64,000 nt of DNA from Vulcanimicrobiota bacterium (GTDB lineage: Bacteria > Vulcanimicrobiota > Vulcanimicrobiia > Vulcanimicrobiales > Vulcanimicrobiaceae), in NCBI GenBank assembly GCA_963786105.1, contig CAWAXX010000024.1:1-64000 (forward strand). The letters run 5' to 3'. The notes under the pieces were generated by a model. That model was given only the letters and a program-made list of their open reading frames with translations. It ran no database searches and was not told where the DNA came from. This document shows positions 13,601-22,102 of this stretch, piece by piece. Made by a program: the position numbers and the translations under genes. Each line of letters opens with the position of its first letter. Position 1 is the first letter of the stretch.

Positions 13601-13894
13601 CTCCACGTCGCCGATGTCGGCGCCGCCGCGCGATAAAATCGGCGAGTTGCCGAGCTCGTCGTCGAGCCCCGCCCCATCGAGTTTGCCGCTGCCGACGAGA
13701 TACACGAGCCCTTCGGGCAGGGTGAAGCGCACGCGAACGCCGGTGGCAACCGCGCCCCCTTGGTTCCTAAACGCGAACGTCGCGCGCACCGTCATCCCAG
13801 GTTCCAGCTCGCGGTCAGGCGAAACGACGAGCGTTCGGAGGCCCTCCGGCAGCGTCGGCGCTCCGGGCGCGAAAACCTCCGACAAGGTGCGCAT
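10657..13894 (-). CDS. Large DUF11 (conserved repeat domain, Ig-like) protein with helical C-terminal region, frameshifted near 11610, 11340 and 11110
   Basis: Repeated PG..V...(R)N.G...A..V.V...LP.GL.Y..GS units, about six; no signal peptide; true stop TAG 10657-10659. Confidence 0.7.
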
Positions 13895-13971
13895 GACGCG
13901 ATGACGTTTTCGCCACGCGCTAATGGCCCCCTTGACGCATTCTTCGTCGTAACGCCGGAAGGAACATCACG

Positions 13972-15168
13972 ATGCTCGCCGTCAACCAAGACCGTATCGC
14001 CGCCGCCGTCCAACGGCTCGGCTCGGAGAACGCTTTCGAAATTCTCGCCCGCGCGCGCCAACTCGAAGCGCAGGGCCGGCGCGTCGTGCACATGGAAATC
14101 GGGGAGCCCGATTTCGATACGCCCGCACACATCAAAAAAGCGGCGGCCGAAGCGCTCTACGACAGCCACACGCATTACACGCCGTCGGCGGGCATTCCGG
14201 CGTTGCGCGCCACGATTGCCGAATACGCGAGCCGGTTCCGGCACATTTCGCCGGTGTATACGATGGAGAACGTCGTGGTTGCGCCCGGAGCGAAGCCGGT
14301 GATATGGAACGTGCTTTCGGCGTTGCTGGATCCAGGCGACGATTTCATTTACTTCGATCCCGCGTATCCGGCGTATGCGTCGTGTTCGAGTTACCTGCAG
14401 GCCAACGTGCACGCGATTCCGTTGCTCGAATCGCGTAACTGGCGCATGGATCTCGACGAGCTGGAAAGCCGCGTTTCCGACAGAACTAAAGCGATCGTCA
14501 TCAACTCGCCGCATAACCCAACCGGCGGCGTGCTGACCAAGGGCGATTTGGAGCGCATCGCCGATATGGCGCAGCGCCACGATTTCATCGTCATCGCCGA
14601 CGAGATCTACAGTCGCAACTTTTACCTCGATACGGATTACGTATCGATCGCATCGCTCGACGGCATGCGCGATCGCACGGTTATCGTCGACGGCTTTTCA
14701 AAAGCGTATGCGATGACCGGTTGGCGCCTCGGCTATGCCATCATGCCCGAAGAGCTGGCCAAGACGGTGACGCTGTTCAACAACAATACGTTCAGCTGCG
14801 TGACGGCGTTCGTACAGATGGCCGGCATCGCCGCACTCACCGGTCCCGACGAACCGGTGCAGCGCATGAACGAGACCTTCCGCCAGCGCCGCGACCGGTT
14901 GGTGAATGGACTCAACGACATCCACGGGATGTCGTGCACCCTGCCGGAAGGCGCGTTCTACGCGTTTCCCAACGTCACGGCGATCACCAGCGACGACCGC
15001 GCCCTGGCAGCGCACCTCTTGGAAGTAGGCGGCGTCGCTTGCGGCGGCGGATCGTCGTTCGGCGCGGCCGGCAAGGGCTACTTGCGTTTCTCGTACGCCG
15101 CGTCGCTCGAGGACATCGACTGGGCCCTGGAGCAGATCGCAAAGGTGTTGCCGGCCTTCAAAGGCTGA
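13972..15168 (+). CDS. PLP-dependent aminotransferase class I/II (aspartate aminotransferase-like)
   Basis: GEPDFDTP, NSPHNPTG, DEIY, SKAYAMTGWRLGY, PEGAFY, YLRFSYA. Confidence 0.95.
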   Translation: MLAVNQDRIAAAVQRLGSENAFEILARARQLEAQGRRVVHMEIGEPDFDTPAHIKKAAAEALYDSHTHYTPSAGIPALRATIAEYASRFRHISPVYTMENVVVAPGAKPVIWNVLSALLDPGDDFIYFDPAYPAYASCSSYLQANVHAIPLLESRNWRMDLDELESRVSDRTKAIVINSPHNPTGGVLTKGDLERIADMAQRHDFIVIADEIYSRNFYLDTDYVSIASLDGMRDRTVIVDGFSKAYAMTGWRLGYAIMPEELAKTVTLFNNNTFSCVTAFVQMAGIAALTGPDEPVQRMNETFRQRRDRLVNGLNDIHGMSCTLPEGAFYAFPNVTAITSDDRALAAHLLEVGGVACGGGSSFGAAGKGYLRFSYAASLEDIDWALEQIAKVLPAFKG

Positions 15169-15172
15169 ACGC

Positions 15173-15394
15173 GTGAGCGCAACGAGCGTCGCGGTGCGCG
15201 TCGTCGCGGCGATCGGTCTGATGCTCGTCGTCGCCGCGCTCGCGTACGCGATTTCGAACGGCCGGCTATTCTTGTTTCCGTTCTTGCTGCTCGTCGGTTT
15301 CCCGATGGCAGCGGTCTTTCGCCCGCGCCGCCCACCGCTTCCGCCGCCCGGCGAACCTCCGCCGGAACCGCCTTCGAGGATGTCGCTCAACTAG
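15173..15394 (+). CDS. Small two-TM membrane protein with Pro-rich tail
   Basis: Two hydrophobic segments then RPPLPPPGEPPPEPP; starts 5 bp after the aminotransferase. Confidence 0.6.
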   Translation: MSATSVAVRVVAAIGLMLVVAALAYAISNGRLFLFPFLLLVGFPMAAVFRPRRPPLPPPGEPPPEPPSRMSLN

Positions 15395-15404
15395 CGGACG
15401 CTCG

Positions 15405-15630
15405 TGTCATCCTGAGCGGAGCGCCGCAGGCGCGCAGTCGAAGGACGAGTGCACCAACTCACTCGACGTATCGGATGGAGTCGCGCGCAGCCCCGTGCGC
15501 GAGGGACGCTCGATTTTTCGCATCCGTGCGAAAATCTGCTCGCTGGCTCGTCGCTCCCGGCATCCATGCCTCCGCTCAGGATGACAACGTCCTTCGACTG
15601 CGGCGCTTCGCGCCTCCGCTCAGGATGATA
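15405..15630. repeat. REP/REPIN-like inverted-repeat element
   Basis: Left arm GTCATCCTGAGCGGAG..CGCAGTCGAAGGACG (15406-15447); inverted copies at 15570-15586 (partial) and 15588-15630; lies between convergent genes. Confidence 0.8.
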
Positions 15631-15635
15631 CGGGG

Positions 15636-16649
15636 CTACGTTAGGCGCATGGCGTCTTTGACGTCGGCGAGCACTTGCGAAGCGATCGCGCGAGTGCGCG
15701 CGGTTCCTTCCTCAATGATGCGTTCGACGCGCTCCGGATCGTCGCGATAGGCGGCGTAGCGCTCGCGCACCGGGCGCAGATAGGCGTTGAGTTCTTCGGC
15801 GAACTCGCCCTTGTCTTGCACGCATCCGAGCGCGCCGGAGCGGCACGCCGCGGCGATTCCGTCGAGGCGAAGCGGATTGACGAAACGCCAGAGGGCGAAC
15901 ACGGGACAGATTTCCGGTCTTCCCGGATCGCCCCGGCGAATTTTTTGCGGATCGGTGATCATCGAGCGCACTTTTTTCGTCGTGGTATCTTCGTCGTCGG
16001 AAATCAGGATCGCATTGTCGTACGACTTGCTCATCTTGCGCCCGTCGGTGCCGGGCACTTCGCGAAACTCGGAAAACGTGGCTTGCGGCTCGATCAGAAT
16101 CTGCCGGCCTCGGCCGTACAGATGATTGAAGCGACGCACGACTTCGCGCCCGAACTCGAGATGCGCTTGTTGGTCGCCGCCGACCGGAACGTATTCGCCG
16201 CGAACGATGGCGATGTCGCACAGCTGAAGCAGCGGATAGCCGAGAAAACCGTACGTGGCGATCGACGGGCCGAGCGCTTCGATCTGGCCTTTGTACGTGG
16301 GGACGCGCTCGAGCCACGAAACCGGCGTAACCATGGACAGCAGCACGTGCAGCTCGCCGATTTCAGGCACCGCCGACTGCAAGAAGATCGTCGATTTTTG
16401 CGGATCGACGCCGGCCGCCAGCCAAACCGCAACCATCTCGTTGCGGGCGTCGCGAATCTTCTGCGGGTCGTCGAATTCGGTTGCATACGCGTGTAAGTCG
16501 GCAATTTCGAAGAACGCGTCGGCGTTTTCGCAAAACTCCGCCCACTGCGTCAGCACGCCCACGAGATGGCCGAGATGCAGGCCGCCGGTCGGGCGCATCC
16601 CCGACATGACGCGCGGTTTCTTTGCAACGCTTGCGGGGACGGAGGTCAT
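15636..16649 (-). CDS. trpS: Tryptophan--tRNA ligase
   Basis: SGMRPTGGLHLGH, IADLHA, GYPLLQ..DI, VPVG.DQ..H, KMSKS. Confidence 0.97.
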   Translation of the reverse strand: MTSVPASVAKKPRVMSGMRPTGGLHLGHLVGVLTQWAEFCENADAFFEIADLHAYATEFDDPQKIRDARNEMVAVWLAAGVDPQKSTIFLQSAVPEIGELHVLLSMVTPVSWLERVPTYKGQIEALGPSIATYGFLGYPLLQLCDIAIVRGEYVPVGGDQQAHLEFGREVVRRFNHLYGRGRQILIEPQATFSEFREVPGTDGRKMSKSYDNAILISDDEDTTTKKVRSMITDPQKIRRGDPGRPEICPVFALWRFVNPLRLDGIAAACRSGALGCVQDKGEFAEELNAYLRPVRERYAAYRDDPERVERIIEEGTARTRAIASQVLADVKDAMRLT

Positions 16650-16710
16650 GGGGCGACCGGTTTGCACGCCCTCACCGCGCCGCCCTTTTCGATGAGACGC
16701 CCGGTGAAGG

Positions 16711-17436
16711 CTAATGCCACGCGATCTCGGTGCGAACGTAGGCTCGCGCGGCCGCCACCGCCAGCGCGAGCGGAGTCCCTCCGGCGAGTTCGCACGCCAG
16801 CGCCATCGCCAGCGTGCAGCCGGTGCCGTGCATCTCGCCCGTGATGCGCGGTTCGGAGAAGACTTCGACGCCCGCGGCGGTTGCGAGTGCGTCGACGGGA
16901 TCGCCGTCGAGATGGCCTCCCTTGAGCAACACCGCCTGCGCGCCTCGTGCCTGCAGCGCGGCCGCCGCGTCGCCGATAGCCTCGCGATGAATCGGATGCG
17001 TGCCGAGCATGATCGCGGCTTCGTCGAGGTTGGGCGTCAGAATCACGTTCGGCAGGGTCGCGAGTTCGTCGGTAACGGCCCGGCGAGCGTCGCTATCGGC
17101 GAGCTCGCCGCCGCGGCTGGCCGCGAAAACCGGGTCGACGACCGCCGTCAACGTGGGCCGGGCGCGAAGTTCGGCGCTGACCGACCGGACGTTCTCCCGC
17201 GTTGCCAGCGCCCCGACGCGCACCGCGCCGGCGGCATCCCACGGTAACGTCGAAAGCTGGGCGCGCAGCACGGCTGCCGGTACGGCGTGAAGCGCGCGAA
17301 CGCCGCCGGCGTCTTGCGCGCTGACCGCCGCGATGGCCGTGAAAACACGCGCATTCAATCTCGTTCCGACGATGAGGTCGCGACCGATGCCCGAGACGTT
17401 CCACGGGTGACTCGCGCCGATCGAGAGGACGATCAC
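16711..17436 (-). CDS. thiD: HMP/HMP-P kinase ThiD-like (PfkB fold), divergent N-terminal motif
   Basis: VVDPV, LTPNLDEA, LLKGGH, HGTGC; GTGA overlap with thiE. Confidence 0.8.
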   Translation of the reverse strand: MIVLSIGASHPWNVSGIGRDLIVGTRLNARVFTAIAAVSAQDAGGVRALHAVPAAVLRAQLSTLPWDAAGAVRVGALATRENVRSVSAELRARPTLTAVVDPVFAASRGGELADSDARRAVTDELATLPNVILTPNLDEAAIMLGTHPIHREAIGDAAAALQARGAQAVLLKGGHLDGDPVDALATAAGVEVFSEPRITGEMHGTGCTLAMALACELAGGTPLALAVAAARAYVRTEIAWH

Positions 17437-18098
17437 GGCGCGACGTCGCCCCATATCCGGACCAATCGGCGCGCGGCGAACTCCGGGTCGGGATCGCGGG
17501 CGATCGCCGAAATCACGGCTGCCATCGCGACGCCGCTGCGCGCCACCGCCCCAAGATTGAACGCATCGATTCCGCCGATGGCGGCAACCGGAAAGCGGCT
17601 CGCATTCGCGACGCACCGTAGGCCTTCGATGCCGATCGGATCGCCGGCGTCGTCCTTGGAAGCGGTTGCAAAGACCGAGCCGACGCCGAGGTAATCGACG
17701 TCGTGCGCATTGGCGGCGAGCGCCTCTTCGACCGTACCGCACGAGAGCCCGATCAGCCGGTCGCCCAACGCCGCGCGCACCGGAGCGACGTCGGAGAAGT
17801 TCGGATCGTCGGGACCTAGATGCACGCCGTCGCAATCGAATCGAACCGCGGCTTCGGCGTCGTCGTTGACGATGAGCAACGCGCGTCGCGCGCGCGCGAT
17901 TTCGCACAGTTCGCGCAGATGACGCTCGACGATTCCGTGCTTGGCGCGGTATTGCACGACGCGAACGCCGGCATCGGTGACGGCGCGCGCGAGTTGCAGT
18001 GGATCGGATTCGCCTTCGTTCACGATCGCATAGATGCCATGCAGTAAGGCCGCGCGATTTTCGCGTGTAAGGCGTTCTACGGCTTGGCTCCTAGGCAC
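17433..18098 (-). CDS. thiE: Thiamine-phosphate synthase
   Basis: VVQYRAK, LIVNDD, DGVHLG, DYLGVGSVF.T.SK, AAIGGI. Confidence 0.93.
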   Translation of the reverse strand: MPRSQAVERLTRENRAALLHGIYAIVNEGESDPLQLARAVTDAGVRVVQYRAKHGIVERHLRELCEIARARRALLIVNDDAEAAVRFDCDGVHLGPDDPNFSDVAPVRAALGDRLIGLSCGTVEEALAANAHDVDYLGVGSVFATASKDDAGDPIGIEGLRCVANASRFPVAAIGGIDAFNLGAVARSGVAMAAVISAIARDPDPEFAARRLVRIWGDVAP

Positions 18099-18270
18099 GT
18101 CGCCGCAGGCGCAGCCATACCAGCACGTTCGCACCCAGATACAGGACGAACATCGTAACGACGGCCGTCGCCAGCAACGTGTTGTGGCGCTCTATCGCCA
18201 GCGGCAACAATAGCGCGAAAGCGATCGCCCCCATCATCACCATGGTCACGATCCGCATGAACGGGAACAC
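18091..18270 (-). CDS. Small two-TM membrane protein, 59 aa (not in ORF track)
   Basis: MFPFMRIVTMVMMGAIAFALLLPLAIERHNTLLATAVVTMFVLYLGANVLVWLRLRRRA*; GAGGAG SD in the parB end; fills the parB-thiE gap. Confidence 0.7.
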   Translation of the reverse strand: MFPFMRIVTMVMMGAIAFALLLPLAIERHNTLLATAVVTMFVLYLGANVLVWLRLRRRA

Positions 18271-18275
18271 CGTCG

Positions 18276-19139
18276 CTACTCCTCGCCAAGCAAGAGGTCG
18301 CCGATACGAATGAGCTCGTCGTCGCTGCCGAACCGCAGCTCGATGCGCCCGCCGCGACCGCTGCGCACGATCGACACGTGCGTGCCGAAGCGCTGTCGCA
18401 AGCGCGACTCGAAGGCCTGTTCGTCGGGCGTGAGCGGACGTAGTTTGGGTGACGCTTTTTCGGCCTGGGTGGTGGCGACCGCGCCGGTTAGGCGCTCGAG
18501 GGTGCGTACCGACAGCCCTTCGTTGACGGTCCGTTCGGCCAAGGCGATCCTCGCCGCAGGAGGCGCGGCCAGCAGCGAACGGGCGTGCCCGGCCGAGAGG
18601 CGCCCGTCCGCGAGCATCGCCTTAACCGCATCCGGCAACGACAGCAGGCGCAGCGTGTTGGCGATGGTCGAGCGGCTTTTGCCGAGCCGGCGGGCGACGT
18701 CGTCTTGGGTGAACGCGTGGTCGTCGATCAAGGCTTGAAAGCCGGCGGCTTCTTCCAAGGCGTTGAGATTCTCACGCTGCAGGTTTTCGATCATCGCCAC
18801 CTCGAGCGTGTCGCGGTCGTCGCCGGCGCGCACGATAGCGGGGATGGTGGTCATCTGCAGGGCGGCGCAGGCACGCCAGCGGCGCTCGCCGGCGACCAGC
18901 TCAAAACCGTCGCCCCGGTGGCGCACGATGATCGGAACGAGCACGCCGTACTCGGCGATCGAGGCCTGTAACTCGTCGAGTGGCTGACGATCGAACGTCG
19001 TGCGCGGCTGAAACGGATTCGGGGTGATGCGATCGACCGGAATTTCCCGGAGCAGCTCCCGATCGTTGGCGGACGCGGCCGACGCATCGCCCAGCAGCGC
19101 GCCAAGACCGCGCCCAAGGCCGCGTCTCGGCGCGCTCAC
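18276..19139 (-). CDS. parB: Chromosome partitioning protein ParB/Spo0J
   Basis: GLGRGLGALL, PNPFQPR, AGERRWRA (CTP-binding GxRR), ENLQRENL, HTH. Confidence 0.97.
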   Translation of the reverse strand: MSAPRRGLGRGLGALLGDASAASANDRELLREIPVDRITPNPFQPRTTFDRQPLDELQASIAEYGVLVPIIVRHRGDGFELVAGERRWRACAALQMTTIPAIVRAGDDRDTLEVAMIENLQRENLNALEEAAGFQALIDDHAFTQDDVARRLGKSRSTIANTLRLLSLPDAVKAMLADGRLSAGHARSLLAAPPAARIALAERTVNEGLSVRTLERLTGAVATTQAEKASPKLRPLTPDEQAFESRLRQRFGTHVSIVRSGRGGRIELRFGSDDELIRIGDLLLGEE

Positions 19140-19909
19140 GCGTGCACTTCGACGGGTTCGAGGAGCTCGCGCGCGAGCGCGAGGTAAGCCTGCGCGCCGC
19201 GGCTTTTGACGTCGAAGACGACGACCGGCTTGCCGTACGACGGCGCTTCTGAAATGCGAACGTTGCGCGGGATTTGCGTTTTGAACATTTGCTCGGGGAA
19301 GAATTTCACGAGTTCTTCGAGCACTTCGGTGGCCAGGCGCGTGCGCCCGTCGAACATCGTGACCAGCACTCCGCTGACGTGCAGCACGGGATTAAGAGCT
19401 TCGCGCACGCGGCGCACGACGCTGGTCAGTTGCGAGAGTCCTTCGAGCGCGTAGTACTCGGCTTGCACCGGAATAATGCATTCGTCGGCGGCCGTCAACG
19501 CGTTGATCGTGAGCAGTCCGAGCGACGGCGGGCAGTCGATGAAGACGAAATCGTAGCGCGGCGCGATCGGGACGATCGCCTGGCGCATGCGCGTTTCGCG
19601 CGACATGGCCGAAACGAGTTCGATCTCCGCGCCGGCGAGATTGATGGTTGCGGGAACGAGCCACAACCCTTCGAGTTCGGTCGCGACGATGACGTCGTCA
19701 ACCGCCGCTTCTTGCAGCAGCAGGTCGTAGACGTCGCGCCGCAGCTGCGTTTTGTCGATGCCGAAGCCGGTGGTCGCGTTTCCCTGCGGGTCGGCGTCGA
19801 CGATCAGCACGCGCTTTCCGAGCACGGCGAGCGCCGCGCCGAGATTCACCGCCGTGGTGCTCTTGCCGACTCCGCCCTTTTGATTGACGAGGGCGATGAT
19901 GCGCGCCAG
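19136..19909 (-). CDS. parA: Chromosome partitioning ATPase ParA/Soj (likely CTG start)
   Basis: NQKGGVGKSTT, DADPQGNAT, IDCPPSLG, PVQAEYYALEG, RISEAPSYG; GGAGG 7 nt upstream of CTG 19909. Confidence 0.97.
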   Translation of the reverse strand: MARIIALVNQKGGVGKSTTAVNLGAALAVLGKRVLIVDADPQGNATTGFGIDKTQLRRDVYDLLLQEAAVDDVIVATELEGLWLVPATINLAGAEIELVSAMSRETRMRQAIVPIAPRYDFVFIDCPPSLGLLTINALTAADECIIPVQAEYYALEGLSQLTSVVRRVREALNPVLHVSGVLVTMFDGRTRLATEVLEELVKFFPEQMFKTQIPRNVRISEAPSYGKPVVVFDVKSRGAQAYLALARELLEPVEVHA

Positions 19910-19922
19910 TATCGTTCCTCCC

Positions 19923-21329
19923 TCAGGGACCCGTACGCATGCCATTGCGCGTTTGCATATCGAGATACTGCTCCACGAGGCGTAACAGCGTGGCCCGTTC
20001 GTTGCGGTCCGGCGCATCCGTTACTTGCTCGAATAGCCAGCGAAGCGTTGCACCGACGCGCTCGTCGCCGCGAAAACCCGCCGGCGCCAGTCCCCGGCGA
20101 ATCAATGCGCCGGAGACGTCGTCGCCCGACACGTGCAAGTCGGCAACGGAGAAGGCCGGTTCGCGCGCAATCTCGGCGCGCACCCGCTCCGCGAAGCGCT
20201 CGTTATGATCGCCGCGTTTGGGCAAGCCCGATCCGGCCACGTCGGCGTCTCGAAGTGCGAACAGGTGTTCGATATTTTCGACCTCAATCCTACGGATAAA
20301 GCGCCGGACTGCCGCATCCGTCATTTCCGGATCGGCGGAAAACATGTGCTGGCGCACCAGGCGTTCGACCCGGTCGACGACGTCGTTTGAAAACCGGTAG
20401 CGCACGAGCATCGAGCGCGCCATCTCGGCGCCCACGAGCTCGTGGCGGTAGAAGTGAGGACCGTCCTTGGTCCTAGGCTTCCCAACGTCGTGCAGCAATG
20501 CGGCCAGGCGCAGCACCGGATCGCCGGGCCGGGTGGCGTCGAGGGTCGCCATCGCGTGATTCCAAACGTCGTGCGCGTGCCACTCGTTCTGCTCCACGCC
20601 GACCCCCTCGAGCAGCTCCGGCCACAGGTACTGCAGAACGCCGGTTTCGCGAAGGAGCTCCAGGCCGATCGACGGGCGGCGCGCGTGGGCGAAGAGCTTG
20701 GTCAACTCGTCGTTCACTCGCTCGGCCGAAACCGTCGCGACGAGCGCAGCGGCGTCGCGCATGGCTGCCCGGGTTGACGGGGTCGGCTCGTACTCGAACC
20801 GAGCCGCGAACTGCGCTGCGCGTAACATCCGCAAGGGGTCCTCGACGAAAACATCCGGCGTGAGGATGTCGATGCGCCGCGCCCGGATATCGGCTTCACC
20901 GCCGTACGGGTCGACGAGCTCTCCGGAGGGCAGCGCACGGGCGATCATGTTCATCCGGAAGTCGCGCCTGGCGAGATCGTCTTCCAGCGGGATCTCCGGC
21001 CCGCTCTGAACGGAAAAATCGCGGTGCCCGTGGCCGATCGACCGCTCCCGCCGGGGCAGTCCGACGTCGACCGTCTCACCGTCGACGGTTAGCTTTAAAA
21101 CGGCGAATGCTGCCCCCACCAAGTCCAGCCGGCCGAGAGGCGCGAGGCGTGTCCGAAGCTCCTCCAACGGCACCCCGGCGACGAGGTAGTCCAGGTCCTT
21201 CTGGGGAGGCTGGGCACCCTCGAGATCCGCTCGAAGCTCGTCGCGCACGCGGCCGCCGACGGCAAACAGCGAACCGGGCGGCAGGACGCCGGCGAGCTTG
21301 CCGTCCAGCGGATGAGGGCGGTACATCAC
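19923..21329 (-). CDS. CCA tRNA nucleotidyltransferase / poly(A) polymerase family protein with HD domain
   Basis: VGGRVRD, DLD, DLARRDF.MN, EDPLRMLRA, LLHDVGKP. Confidence 0.92.
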   Translation of the reverse strand: MMYRPHPLDGKLAGVLPPGSLFAVGGRVRDELRADLEGAQPPQKDLDYLVAGVPLEELRTRLAPLGRLDLVGAAFAVLKLTVDGETVDVGLPRRERSIGHGHRDFSVQSGPEIPLEDDLARRDFRMNMIARALPSGELVDPYGGEADIRARRIDILTPDVFVEDPLRMLRAAQFAARFEYEPTPSTRAAMRDAAALVATVSAERVNDELTKLFAHARRPSIGLELLRETGVLQYLWPELLEGVGVEQNEWHAHDVWNHAMATLDATRPGDPVLRLAALLHDVGKPRTKDGPHFYRHELVGAEMARSMLVRYRFSNDVVDRVERLVRQHMFSADPEMTDAAVRRFIRRIEVENIEHLFALRDADVAGSGLPKRGDHNERFAERVRAEIAREPAFSVADLHVSGDDVSGALIRRGLAPAGFRGDERVGATLRWLFEQVTDAPDRNERATLLRLVEQYLDMQTRNGMRTGP

Positions 21330-21362
21330 GCTCCATCGTACAGCATGGCGCGAAGTCCCCGT

Positions 21363-21378
21363 TGTTTCACGTGAAATC
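21363..21378. promoter_or_regulatory. parS site (14/16 match)
   Basis: TGTTTCACGTGAAATC. Confidence 0.8.
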
Positions 21379-21388
21379 CCGGACCGGA

Positions 21389-21404
21389 TGTTTCACGTGA
21401 AACA
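21389..21404. promoter_or_regulatory. parS site (perfect consensus)
   Basis: TGTTTCACGTGAAACA palindrome about 1.5 kb from parA. Confidence 0.95.
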
Positions 21405-21410
21405 GGGCTC

Positions 21411-21563
21411 TTAGTGTTCGCGCAAATCCTTAAGGATGTACCGGTAAATGCTCAGATAGTCCGTGCAGACGTGAAAAACGTCGGACGAAACCGACGGTTT
21501 GGACGACACGACCAGTTTGGTCAACTCGACCGCGAGTGCCTCATTTTTCTCCATTTTTGCCAC
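21411..21563 (-). CDS. Small hypothetical protein, 50 aa (not in ORF track)
   Basis: AAAGGGGAG SD, GTG start, MAKMEKNEALAVELTKLVVSSKPSVSSDVFHVCTDYLSIYRYILKDLREH*. Confidence 0.6.
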   Translation of the reverse strand: MAKMEKNEALAVELTKLVVSSKPSVSSDVFHVCTDYLSIYRYILKDLREH

Positions 21564-21663
21564 GTGGGACTCCCCTTTCGTCTGGGCGGGCGTGTAAGAG
21601 CGGCGACATATTCAAGGGGTATGAGATGTTTGGCTAACGTGGCTGCCGCCTGCGCCCGGCCGG

Positions 21664-22020
21664 TTACGTGGAGTCGGACCACACGGCTAAAACATTGCCG
21701 CTGGGGTCGGCGAAATGGAACCGGCGACCCCCTGGGAAGGCGAAAGTGGGCTCGACGATCGTCCCGCCCGCATCCCGAACCGTTTTCTCGATGGCTTCAA
21801 GATCGAGGGCATAAAGGATTACGAGGGGTCCGCCGGCTAGCGGCTTTGCGTCGTGGCGAATGCCGCCGCCGATTCCACCGTCGTCGAAAGACGCATATTC
21901 ATCGCCGTAGTCGGTAAACTGCCAGCCGAAGGCGCGCCCGTAGAAGGCCTTTGCCTCGGTTACATCTCGAACGCCGATCTCCACGTAGTCGATGCGCCGG
22001 TCTTTCTGCGGGTGCGCCAT
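21664..22020 (-). CDS. VOC (glyoxalase/bleomycin resistance) family protein
   Basis: IDYVEI, AKAFY..AFGW.F.DYG..Y, FPGGRRFHFADPSGN; GGAGG SD. Confidence 0.92.
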   Translation of the reverse strand: MAHPQKDRRIDYVEIGVRDVTEAKAFYGRAFGWQFTDYGDEYASFDDGGIGGGIRHDAKPLAGGPLVILYALDLEAIEKTVRDAGGTIVEPTFAFPGGRRFHFADPSGNVLAVWSDST

Positions 22021-22050
22021 CTGCCGTACCTCCACACACACGAGGAATAT

Positions 22051-22066
22051 GCGAACGTACGTTCGC
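22051..22066. promoter_or_regulatory. LexA (SOS) box, Terrabacteria type GAAC-N4-GTTC
   Basis: Perfect palindrome GCGAACGTACGTTCGC about 30 bp upstream of the VOC gene start. Confidence 0.75.
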
Positions 22067-22102
22067 TATTCGGGTCGCGCTTCCTGCGTTTGCTCAGGGT
22101 GG

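Noticed and set aside
10412..13894. 1160-aa ORF with a C-terminal TM anchor
   Set aside because: It arises from compensating frameshifts (Arg-rich nonsense stretches) and reads into the next gene; better explained as two genes
18078..18092. GTA start for thiE after AGGAG
   Set aside because: An in-frame GTG at 18098 overlapping the upstream stop is an adequate conventional start
18077..18289. 70-aa ORF between parB and thiE
   Set aside because: Another frame (18091-18270) gives a convincing two-TM protein with an SD
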